DNA of 64,000 bases from Eledone cirrhosa (Eukaryota). Every line of letters starts with the position of its first letter. Positions within the stretch are counted from its first letter, which is position 1. The DNA is taken from positions 131,192,001-131,256,000 of the forward strand of contig OZ024745.1 of the NCBI GenBank assembly GCA_964016885.1, in the 5' to 3' direction. The position numbers were made by a program, and so were the translations under genes. Shown here piece after piece: positions 39,175 to 52,300 of the stretch. The notes under the pieces were generated by a model. It was not told the origin of the DNA. It worked only from the letters and a program-made list of their open reading frames with translations, and searched no databases.

Positions 39175-42100
39175 GTAAGTAAGGTTTTTACAAATTAATT
39201 AATTTCTTAAATGAAAGATACTCTCTTACTACATGTTGTCATCTCAGAAAATATTCAAAATTAAAGCACCATGAAAACATTGATATTCGTTTGATTATAA
39301 ACTTGTTTGAGTTTCCTTTGCCTTCCTTCTTCCTCATTCCACCCACCAAACATACTATACAAGGTATTACAAACAGACCAAAAGTGTAATCAATTGGTTT
39401 GCCATGAAGAGGAAAAATCAGGATTTGTCGGAGAGTATCCAGCTATAGAAAACCCTCCTCCTCCTTCTCCCAATTATTTCTCGGGGTGTCCTAGGGGGCA
39501 AAAATCTCAAACACTCCTTCCAGCAGGTCCTGTCAGAAGCAACCGTTTCCAACTGATCTGGCTGGATCCCCAACCATCTTGCTTAGGGTCTACCTCAGGT
39601 TCTCCTGCCATTTGGTTTTGCCCATAAAATCTGTCCAGTGATTCTTGCCTGAGACAAGTAAGCCTGCCAAACAGAAAGTCAGTAGTACTCTTCAGCTGTG
39701 CCAAAGACATAACAACTTCCTTAGTGTTGGCACCACAACATAATGCACTTGGTAGCATGTGGAATCATATCTCGAGCCCCAACTTGTGGTCAGAGGCTCC
39801 ACTTGAACATTGACTTGCCTATGATGACATGTCCAACCCATGCTAGCAGGGAAAACAGACATTAAATAATGATTTTTGAATTAGGCACAAGGCCAACAAA
39901 TTTAGGGGAGGAGGAAATCGATTAAACAACCCCAGTGCATCACTGGTACTTTATTTTATCAACCCCATAAAGATGGAAAGCAAAGCTAACTTCAGAACGC
40001 AAAGGGTTGTAACTCTATGCCACAAAGCAGGTTCTCAGCCACTCTACCTTTAATTTATCGACCCCGTAAGGATGAAAGGCAAAGTTAATCTCGGCGGGAT
40101 TTGAACTCAGATCATAAAGGGGCGTAACTCTATGCTACAAAGCATGGCGTCTGACCCTCTACCGATACTGCCAATCCACAGATGTTAAATAATGATGATT
40201 GTGACATTAATTTGTATTACAAAATTAACTCCCACCTTGTAGCAATGAAAGGAAGACTATGAATTGCTACTTGTCTGTAGCAGATGTTCAAGGATAATTG
40301 ATAGTGTCAGGGATATAAACCTTTCCAATCCCAAGAACAAGCCATAAAAATGGTTGAAAGCATGTGCTATCTATGTGATCTAATTAACAGTTAAAGAGGG
40401 TGTTCCAGTAGAGATGAAAGGCAAAGCTAATCTCGGTGGGATTTGAACTCAGGACGTAAAGGTTTCTCCTCATCCCAAGTGGATAAATCTTACACAATAA
40501 TCATTTGTAATCATACTTATATACAAACAAAATATTCGTTTTCAGGTGATAATTGGAGTAACAGGTCAACGATCAAACATCAAATATTTTCTTCCACCTC
40601 AATTGGCTGCTACAGAATGTCTAACTTGTTTAGTGGATGTCTTATCTGACCCAAGCACAGTATCACATTTGTCACTGAAATGTATCCAGCTACTTGGTAA
40701 CTTAGGTAAGTAAACATCTCTAACACACTGATATATGTGTATGTATGTGTGTGTGTAAAAGGTAAACAGAAATATCAAAGCAAATGACACAGTACATTGA
40801 AGAAATATATTAGTTTAACACTTGAAATGACAGGAAAAGAGTCTTAACATTTCAGATGCTAGTCCTTCATCAGAAGATAGAATTAGAAAAAAAAGATAAA
40901 ATTGAAAGTGAGAAGAGGAAGGAATGGAAAATAAACACACGTGCATATTCAGTCAGCCATTTTGGAGATTTGTATATAAAGCACCCAGACCACCCTGCAA
41001 GATGTTGGTCACACAACAAAAAGCACCTGGTCTAACTTGTAAGGTGGTCATGCTGGTGACATGAAAAAAAAATACCCTCTCCAATCTGTCATTTGGTCTT
41101 TATGGTGCCATGATAAAAAGCACACAGTCCGCACTGTAAATGTGGTTGGCGTTAGGAAGGGTAACCAGCTGTAGAAATCAAGCAAGGAAGAGTTCTGTAT
41201 GAGCAAGATATGGTCACCTGATCTGACTTGTCTCACAAAGGGACAACACATCTAACCCATGCTAGTGCTCAGTCCTCAACTTGACTGAGGACTGAGCTCT
41301 GATTAACATCTACCAGCACATTGAATCCCTTACCAAATTCATTACTACTCACACTTTACTGACAGCATCTCTGTACAAGGCTTTCACTAGTCTCACAGGC
41401 CATTTACACTCAGGTTCCTTAACCCTTTAGCATTTAAACTGGCCACATCCGGCCATAATTCTCTCAATTCTTTCTGTTTAAACTGGCCATAACTTATGTT
41501 AAGGTATTGTTCTCAAACTAAATAATATCAAAATCTTGTAGATTCGGTATTAGGTGATAATTATGTGAAGTAAAGCCTTTACGACGTAAATATAATAATA
41601 AATATAGAGTAATATAAATGCTAAAGGGTTAACTCTTTACCATTTACATTACTCTATATTAACTATTTACATTACTCTATATTAACTATTGTATTTTCGT
41701 GGCAAAGGCTTTATTTCACATAATTTTGAATCTGAGATTTTAATATTATTTATTTTGAGAACAATACTTTAACATCACCATGAGTGACCAGTTATGGTCA
41801 GTTTGAACAGAAAGTGGTAAGAGAATTCTGGCTGGATATGGCCAGTTTAAATGCCAAAGGGTTAAGGAACCTGAGTGTAAATGAATGGCCTGTGAGACTA
41901 GTGAAAGCCTTGTACAGAGATGCTGTCAGTAAAGTGTGAGTGTCATGTATGGCGTTGTTTGACACAAAAGCAAACTGCTTTTCTACTACAGGAGATGACT
42001 CAACCAAACCATGAGTAGCATGGGTTAGACGGGTTGTCCTGTTGTGAACAATGCCAGGTCAGGTGACCATGTCTTGCTCATACAGAGTTGTTTCTGGCTT

Positions 42101-45100
42101 TGTATCTATGGCTAGATGCCCTTCCTAATGCCAACCACTTTACAGTGTGTACTGGGTGCTTTATGTGGTGACACCTCTACAAACACTTTACAGTGTGTAC
42201 TGGATGCTTTATGTAGTGACACCTCTACAAACACTTTACAGTGTGTACTGGGTGCTTTATGTGGTGACACCTATACAACCACTTTACAGTGTGTACTGGG
42301 TGCTTTATGTAGTGACACCTCTACAAACACTTTACAGTGTGTACTGGATGCTTTATGTGGTGACACCTATACAACTACTTTACAGTGTGTACTGGGTGCT
42401 TTATGTGGTGACACCTCTACAACTACTTTACAGTGTGTACTGGATGCTTTATGTAGTGACACCTCTACAAACACTTTACAGTGTGTACTGGGTGCTTTAT
42501 GTAGTGACACCTCTACAAACACTTTACAGTGTGTACTGGGTGCTTTATGTGGTGACACCTATACAACCACTTTACAGTGTGTACTGGGTGCTTTATGTGG
42601 TGACACCTATACAACCACTTTACAGTGTGTACTGGGTGCTTTATGTGGTGACACCTCTACAGCCACTTTACAGTGTGTACTGGGTGTTTTATGTGGTGAC
42701 ACCTCTACAACTACTTTACAGTGTGTACTGGGTGCTTTATGTGGTGACACCTCTACAACTACTTTACAGTGTGTACTGGGTGCTTTATGTGGTGACACCT
42801 ATACAACTACTTTACAGTGTGTACTGGGTGCTTTATGTGGTGACACCTCTACAACTACTTTACAGTGTGTACTGGGTGCTTTATGTGGTGACACCTCTAC
42901 AACTACTTTACAGTGTGTACTGGGTGCTTTATGTAGTGACACCTCTACAAACACTTTACAGTGTGTACTGGGTGCTTTATGTAGTGACACCTCTACAAAC
43001 ACTTTACAGTGTGTACTGGGTGCTTTATGTGGTGACACCTCTACAACTACTTTACAGTGTACTGGGTGCTTTATGTGGTGACACCTCTACAACTACTTTA
43101 CAGTGTGTACTGGGTGCTTTATGTGGTGACACCTATACAACTACTTTACAGTGTGTACTGGGTGCTTTATGTGGTGACACCTATACAACCACTTTACAGT
43201 GTGTACTGGGTGCTTTATGTGGTGACACCTATACAACTACTTTACAGTGTGTACTGGGTGCTTTATGTGGTGACACCTATACAACCACTTTACAGTGTGT
43301 ACTGGGTGCTTTATGTGGTGACACCTATACAACCACTTTACAGTGTGTACTGGGTGCTTTATGTGGTGACACCTATACAACCACTTTACAGTGTGTACTG
43401 GGTGCTTTATGTAGTGACACCTCTACAAACACTTTACAGTGTGTACTAGGTGCTTTATGTGGTGACACCTCTACAACTACTTTACAGTGTGTACTGGGTG
43501 CTTTATGTGGTGACACCTCTACAACTACTTTACAGTGTGTACTGGGTGCTTTATGTGGTGACACCTCTACAACTACTTTACAGTGTACTGGGTGCTTTAT
43601 GTGGTGACACCTATACAACCACTTTACAGTGTGTACTGGGTGCTTTATGTGGTGAGACCTATACAACCACTTTACAGTGTGTACTGGGTGCTTTATGTGG
43701 TGACACCTATACAACCACTTTACAGTGTGTACTGGGTGCTTTATGTGGTGACACCTATACAACTACTTTACAGTGTGTACTGGGTGCTTTATGTGGTGAC
43801 ACCTCTACAACCACTTTACAGTGTGTACTGGGTGCTTTATGTGGTGACACCTATACAACCACTTTACAGTGTGTACTGGGTGCTTTATGTGGTGACACCT
43901 CTACAACCACTTTACAGTGTGGGCTGGGTGCTTTTTATTGTGACAGAAAATTAAAAAAATGTTGTACATTTAAAAAAAAATTATATTTTGGGAAATGTTT
44001 GCTTAATCTTATTTCTTTTTCTTTTCGATATTTTGATTTAAGACACAAATGTAATTTTGCAATGATAAATTATAAAGTTGTGTTTTTATATAGTTGATAT
44101 CTAGTTTTCCATTTTTCAAGCTGAACTGTTGCTTTAAAAAACTGGGGAAGTTGGCCTAATTGATTTTTTTTCTTTTTAATATTTTATTGCTATTTTTTTT
44201 CAGTTCATGAACCCCAAATTCGGACCAGGTTATATAAAGATTTTAACTTGTCTGCTGCTTTAGTCAGTCTCATTATAAATAATTGTAATAAAGCCTCAGA
44301 TAAGCTGGTTTTCGATGTAAGTTATTTTACTTATTTTGTTTGTTTTTTAACTTTGTATTTTTTAACCCTTTCATGACTATTTCTAATGAAATACACCAAA
44401 TTTTAATTAATTAATGAAGGATTTCAAGGGGTTTACTAAAATTATTAATTATTTCATTACTAAGACAGTAACTTAATGTAAGGTTCTTATATCAAATTAT
44501 GTTGGAAGATTTTAATTTAAATTAGAAACTTTTAAAATGGGTGGTTTTATTTCATAGAACCTGGTTTTGGCCAGGTTGGTAACTAAAGGGTTTGAACAGA
44601 ACTGAATGTCAGGTTTTCAAAGTATATTTATCCTCTGAAAAATATCTTTATTTAAACATGGTTATTGAATTTAAAATCATCATCATCATCATCTTCACTG
44701 TTTAATATCCATTTACCATGCTAGCATGGGTTAGACCAGTTGTCCCGTTGTGAGACAAGCCAGGTCGGATGACCATGTCTTGCTCATACAGAACTGATTT
44801 TGGCTTGGTGTCTATGGTGGGATGCCCTTCCTCACACCAACTACATTTGCAGTGTGGACTGGGTGCTTTTTGTTGTGACACCTACATGACCACTTTACAC
44901 TGTGGACTGGGTGTTTTTTATCGTGACACCTACATGACCACTTTACAGTGTGGACTGGGTGTTTTTTGTCGTGACACCTACATGACCACTTTACTTTATG
45001 ATTTATCTGCTGTAGAATAAGTATGATGAAGAGGTAGTTTTAATGGGAACACATTGCTGTAAACAGCAGAAAGAGGTAACGCAGTATATTATAGTTAAAA

Positions 45101-46269
45101 GTACCATGAAAAGGCATAATTCTCTGTTGTAACGAACAAAATTACTGTATGATTGCCAAGTGTTTTTACAGCAAGTGCCTTCTTCCAATCGGCAAGCCAC
45201 TTGCCTGTTTCTACAATTCTATTGCATAGTCAGCACAATATCTTCATCATTGTTCTGTTGTCTATCTTTAAAAGCTCTGCAGGTCATCAATACCAGCAGC
45301 TTTATTGTTAGGCATCCTATTCAAAGACTCCCTGACTTCTGATTCCAGAATGGTCGGAAATTCTTCCCCTCCCACATCATTGGTTAGTGACCCCCGCTCC
45401 TCATACAAACTTTCACCATCGTCCTTCCACCTTTTAAGAATGTCCTGAAGGTCAGTCAACACCTTTCCTTCATCATCCCCAATGTTTCTTTGTATTGTAT
45501 GGAAGCCCTTAGTGACTTTATGACACTGTATGCCTTCCGTATATTGTTTCTGCCATGCCACCTCTGCCTCATCCCATTCCTCCTTCAGTCATCTTACCTG
45601 TCTTCCCTCTCTACTGCTTTATCCAATTCCTGCTACTTTACTTCATTAAACTCGGAAGTAGCCCTCGGATGGGACTGACTACTTAAAAGTATATCATTTC
45701 ATTTCTCTACTTTCATCCTAAGCTTGTCATCTATTTATGCTCAATAAAAATGCCTGTTTTAAGGCCATTTTCTTAATTAAATCAAAGGTTGAACGTGGGT
45801 TTCATGACCAGCCTGCTGTCCTTTTCAAGGCAATGCTTTATGGTCTGATGCCCTTTTCAGTTGCCTCTTACGACACAGGGGACAGTACCTATTCTAAACT
45901 GGATGCATGCAGCAAGTACCAGGCATGTACTAAAGCCACCTTCTAATCTGTTGTTTGCTACAATTTGTTGTTGTTGTTGTGTTCAAATGTAGCCAGTTTC
46001 ATTTGTAACATTTTTCTTCCAATTCAAGTGGTTTGTCCCCATGATTTCCCTTGTGTTTCTAGTAGTGGGTGTACCTTGGAGAAATAACTTGAGGTCACTT
46101 TTGGTCAAGTGTTTTTGTTCCAGTGTAACACCAACAAATCAATGTGTGTGTGTGTATATATATATGTGTATGTATGTATATATATATATATATGTGTGTG
46201 TGTGTATATATATATATATTTATTTATATATGTATGTGTGTGTGTATGTATATATATGTGTGTGTATAT

Positions 46270-46338
<69 letters not shown>

Positions 46339-49300
46339 TGGGTAGTTTTCAATCTAAATGGTGTACACTAGTTATGCATCTAAAATATGTTGTAGTAATA
46401 TATTAGACTAATTCAGTTGACTATCTTTCCTTTGAAATAATTAGTTTTTGTTAAATCTATTGTTTTTTATGATTCCAGTCCGTACAACTCCTGCAAAAAA
46501 TTACCTATGGCCAGTGTATTAATTTTAATGAAAACTACATTGAAAATCTTATTAGTTATCTCGTTAAGCAGGTGTAAGTATAACATCTTATGTCTCTATG
46601 TTGCTCACAGAAATCTTTCATCTTACTCCACCTCTCTTTTCTGGCATTGACACCAAAACAAAAATAAACAGCCATTTGGGCAGGTTAGTTGGCAACACAG
46701 CAGCAGCAGCTATCTCTCTGTCTACCTACCTTTCATGTGTCATTGTTGTTGTTGTAGCACTATAAGTAAACCAGCTAATGTTACTATAATTGATTTAAAT
46801 GAACGTAAAATGAAATATGGGGATCACCAGAGCGACAAGCAGGTGTTGGCACCTGTAGATTGAAAGTTATGATGGTCAAGGAAAACTCAGGGATTCAAGC
46901 ATCTTCACATAGAATGTTGTAACTAAGGAGTTATTATATTAAACATTTTTTACTATACACCTTGTCGTTTTTGACGGGTAAAGAAAACCTGGGTAGAAGT
47001 GATGAAAGCAGGTCTCAAAACACTAAACCTGACAGAGGAGAGGACACAGGAATGCAAAGTATAGAGAGAGGCTGTAGTGGAAAAGACCTATCCAACCTGT
47101 GTAAGCATGGGAAAAGGAAAAAAATATGATGGTGATGACTATGCTTTTGATTGGATAAATTCTATTTCAGAACTCATGTATTTATGATAGTTTTTACAAG
47201 ATTGAAAGACAAACCTAATTTATATGAATGATATTGCCTTACATTATTGTGCTGATATATTTCCATGCAAATTTAGCAGAGACTTAATGTGATATATACT
47301 GGCTGATGTACATCTGTACATGTGTCTGACATCATATAAAGCAATAATAGAGATCTATATGAAGGTTTATGTAATATGTTTATGTATAATAAACATAAAA
47401 GATATCACTATGTTTATTGTATATAAATATATCACATAAACCTCTGTTATGAACTGTGCTATGTTGCTGTTAATAACAATAGTGCGTTTTATAATGAAAT
47501 TAGCCTCCGGGGTTTTGCAAAAGTAAGGTACATATATTGTAACACGGTTAATGGATGCACTATGGCTAAATGCTTCAGAAGTTTGCATCACAATTATGGG
47601 GTTCTGAACTTGATCTTACTTCACAATCACAAAGTTCAGAGCTTGATCCCACTTCACAGCCATGAGGTTCTGTACTTGATCCCACTTCACAGCCATGAGG
47701 TTCTGTACTTGATCCCACTTCACAGCCATGAGGTTCTGTACTTGATCCCACTTCACAGCCATGAGGTTCTGGACTTGATCCCACTTCACAGCCTTGAGGT
47801 TCTGTACTTGATCCCACTTCACAGCCATGAGGTTCTGTACTTGATCCCACTTCACAGCCATGAGGTTCTGTACTTGATCCCACTTCACAGCCTTGAGGTT
47901 CTGTACTTGATCCCACTTCACAGCCTTGAGGTTCTGGACTTGATCCCACTTCACAGCCTTGAGGTTCTGTACTTGATCCCACTTCACAGCCATGAGGTTC
48001 TGTACTTGATCCCACTTCACAGCCATGAGGTTCTGGCCTTGATCCCACTTCACAGCCATGAGGTTCTGTACTTGATCCCACTTCACAGCCATGAGGTTCT
48101 GTACTTGATCCCACTTCACAGCCATGAGGTTCTGTACTTGATCCCACTTCACAGCCATGAGGTTCTGTACTTGATCCCACTTCACAGCCATGAGGTTCTG
48201 TACTTGATCCCACTTCACAGCCTTGAGGTTCTGTACTTGATCCCACTTCACAGCCTTGAGGTTCTGTACTTGATCCCACTTCACAGCCTTGAGGTTCTGG
48301 ACTTGATCCCACTTCACAGCCATGAGGTTCTGTATTTGATCCCACTTCACAGCCATGAGGTTCTGTACTTGATCCCACTTCACAGCCATGAGGTTCTGTA
48401 TTTGATCCCACTTCACAGCCATGAGGTTCTGTACTTGATCCCACTTCACAGCCATGAGGTTCTGTACTTGATCCCACTTCACAGCCATGAGGTTCTGGAC
48501 TTGATCCCACTTCACAGCCATGAGGTTCTGGACTTGATCCCACTTCACAGCCTTGAGGTTCTGGACTTGATCCCACTTCACAGCCTTGAGGTTCTGTACT
48601 TGATCCCACTTCACAGCCATGAGGTTCTGTACTTGATCCCACTTCACAGCCATGAGGTTCTGGACTTGATCCCACTTCACAGCCATGAGGTTCTGGACTT
48701 GATCCCACTTCACAGCCTTGAGGTTCTGGACTTGATCCCACTTCACAGCCATGAGGTTCTGGACTTGATCCCACTTCACAGCCTTGAGGTTCTGGACTTG
48801 ATCCCACTTCACAGCCTTGAGGTTCTGGACTTGATCCCACTTCACAGCCTTGAGGTTCTGTACTTGATCCCACTTCACAGCCTTGAGGTTCTGGACTTGA
48901 TCCCACTTCACAGCCTTGAGGTTCTGTACTTGATCCCACTTCACAGCCATGAGGTTCTGGACTTGATCCCACTTCACAGCCTTGAGGTTCTGTACTTGAT
49001 CCCACTTCACAGCCTTGAGGTTCTGTACTTGATCCCACTTCACAGCCTTGAGGTTCTGTACTTGATCCCACTTCACAGCCTTGAGGTTCTGGACTTGATC
49101 CCACTTCACAGCCTTGAGGTTCTGTACTTGATCCCACTTCACAGCCATGAGGTTCTGGACTTGATCCCACTTCACAGCCTTGAGGTTCTGTATTTGATCC
49201 CACTTCACAGCCTTGAGGTTCTGGACTTGATCCCACTTCACAGCCATGAGGTTCTGTACTTGATCCCACTTCACAGCCATGAGGTTCTGTACTTGATCCC

Positions 49301-52300
49301 ACTTCACAGCCATGAGGTTCTGTACTTGATCCCACTTCACAGCCTTGAGGTTCTGGACTTGATCCCACTTCACAGCCATGAGGTTCTGGACTTGATCCCA
49401 CTTCACAGCCTTGAGGTTCTGGACTTGATCCCACTTCACAGCCATGAGGTTCTGTACTTGATCCCACTTCACAGCCATGAGGTTCTGTACTTGATCCCAC
49501 TTCACAGCCATGAGGTTCTGTACTTGATCCCACTTCACAGCCTTGAGGTTCTGGACTTGATCCCACTTCACAGCCATGAGGTTCTGGACTTGATCCCACT
49601 TCACAGCCATGAGGTTCTGTACTTGATCCCACTTCACAGCCTTGAGGTTCTGTACTTGATCCCACTTCACAGCCTTGAGGTTCTGTACTTGATCCCACTT
49701 CACAGCCTTGAGGTTCTGGACTTGATCCCACTTCACAGCCATGAGGTTCTGGACTTGATCCCATGTGGGTAATAAATTGTTTAGAAGCCTGTCAGATATA
49801 ATTCACATACTGTGTCACACTGAATCATCATCTAGCAGGGGTTGGAGGGGTCATCGTATTCTGAGACTTGACTGGTCAAGTGACCACGTCTTGCTCATGT
49901 TTAGCATGTTTTCTATGGCTGGATACCTTTCCTAATACCAACCAGTTTACAGGGTGTACTAGGTGAACTTTTTCATTGTAACAGCATTACCACTTTACAG
50001 AGTGGACTGGGTGTATTTTACTGTGGCAACAGCACTACCACTTTAAACTGAATATCCCTGCAATTATATTATGGGTTCTCATGTCTGTAGAATACTTCTC
50101 TACTTATTAATTTATTGAGTAAGCTGTTCCCTTAACCCTTTAATTACCAACCCAGCCAAAACTGGCTCTGGTTCTATGAAATAAAACTATCCATTTTAAA
50201 GGTTTCCAATTTAAATTAAAATCCAACATAATTTTATATAAGAACCTTACATCAAATTTCTATCTTAGTAATGAAATAATAAATAATTTTAGCACCCCTC
50301 CCCCTCCAAATTTTTCATTAATTAATTAAAATTGAGTGTTTTTCATTAGAATGCAGTCATGAAATGGTTAAACACAGGTTTGACACTCATTAAAACTGAT
50401 GGTGATCACTTTATAAGTAAATTAATTCTGTGACACTTTTAAGATTTATTTTGCTATTTCAAACCAAAATTATATAACCACTTCTTTATTGCAGATTACT
50501 TCCTGAAAGCCCTTTCACACAACCATGCCTGGGTTTATTGGCTAATCTTTGCCGCAACTGTAACAAGATACACATTCTCATCAACAATATGGTAACAGTC
50601 ATTCTCTTAAAAAATTCCAAAATAGTTTTTAGTGAAGTTCTAGAAAACATGATGCACATGAAAGACGACAGCTGTATAAAAAAGTGCAGGGTGATCAAAA
50701 TTGAAGGAAGTTATGGAGTAGGTAGATCCAGAAAAACCTGGGACGATCTGATAAATTCCGACCTTGCACACTTGCACCTCTCTAAGACAATGTCACTGGA
50801 CCGAGATCTCTGGCGTCACACAGTAATACAGAAGACCTGCCTTCTCTACGTGCAAAGTTAACCTACAGTCAGTAGGCCCCTCCAAACCAAACACACTCCA
50901 ACCCACTATCTCTACTCCATTCTCCCACTCCCACCAACACCACCCTTTCAATGTAAAGTTATGTTGGTACCACAACATCCAGTCCAAACTAATGAGGTTG
51001 TGTAGGTGTCACGACAAAAAAACACCCAGTCCACGCTGTAATGTGGCCGTGTAAGTAACATGGTAAAAAGTTCCCAGTCCACACTGTAAATGTGGTTGGT
51101 GTTAGGAAGGGCACCAGCCGTAGAAAACCTGCCAGACAGTCCTATACGAGCGAGACACAGTCACCTGACCAATCTTGCCTCAAGTGGGACAACTCCTGTC
51201 TAACCCATGCTAGTGTGGAAGATGGACGTTAAACGATGATGATGATAAGATAGTGAGAGAGATAGATGGATACATACACATACATATAGGTCTGTATCTA
51301 TATATGTATTTATGTAATATTTCATTTTTATTGTAGGAAGTGTCTCGTAAGCTGAAGCTGACCTTGATCCCATTCCTGTCTCACAATAATCTCAGCATGA
51401 TAATCTTCTCTTTATCCCTACTCACTAGTCTGTGTCTTCAAGAGGAATTAGGAGACAAAGTAAGTCAGTTTTATTACTATGGTTATTAAAATACTTGTAA
51501 TTTGTGAATATATGATAGGAGGTGAATTGACAGAATGGTTAGAATGTCAGCTAGAGTGCCTTGCAGTATTTGTTTTGACTCTCTGCTCTCTGAGTTCAAA
51601 TCCTGCCAAAATCAACTTTACTTTTCATCCATTCAAGGTCGATAAAAAAAGTACCAGTCTCGTACCGGGGTTGATTCTGCTTCTATATTTCTTTCTCACT
51701 TCCATTCTAATGAAGGTGCATGGCTTAGTGGTTAGAGCATTGGGCTTGCAATCGAAAGGTTGTGAGTTCAATTCTCGGACTGGGTGATGTGTTGTTTCCT
51801 TGAGCAAGACACTTTATTTCACATTGCTCCAGTTTACTCAGCTGTAGAAATGAGATGATAGGGACTGGGGTCCTTATCATTCCACTGCAAAGTGGTCGTG
51901 GAGGTGCCACAGTAAAAAAGCACCCAGCACTCACTGTAAATGAGGTTGGTGTTAGGAAGGGCATCCAGCTGTAGAAATCAAGCCAGAATCAGTTCCCATA
52001 TGAGCAAGATAAGGTCAGCTGACCGGACACTGCCCACAACAGGACAACCCATCTAACCCATGCTAGCGGGGAAGAACGGACGTAAAACAGTGATGATGAT
52101 GATGATGATGATTCTCTCATTCTCTTTTCTTCTCTGGAAGAAATCATAAATGACCATGGGATTTGTACCTAGAAAATTTCCCCCGAGGCACAAATCTGGG
52201 CAAGGTTGTTTGTGGAAGACCAACAGTTACCCATGTTAACAATGTCCCCAATGTTGTCCAAGGGAAAAGCAAAGGCCAATACAACTCTGCACCAGTGATG

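Noticed and set aside
42116-44097. Long repetitive ORFs and a CRISPR-like appearance
   Set aside because: Head-to-tail 42-bp units with no unique spacers, no cas genes and a eukaryotic intron context.
47562-49772. ORFs of 700+ aa on both strands
   Set aside because: Translations of a stop-free 33-bp tandem repeat inside a CIP2A intron; no unique domain or splice context.
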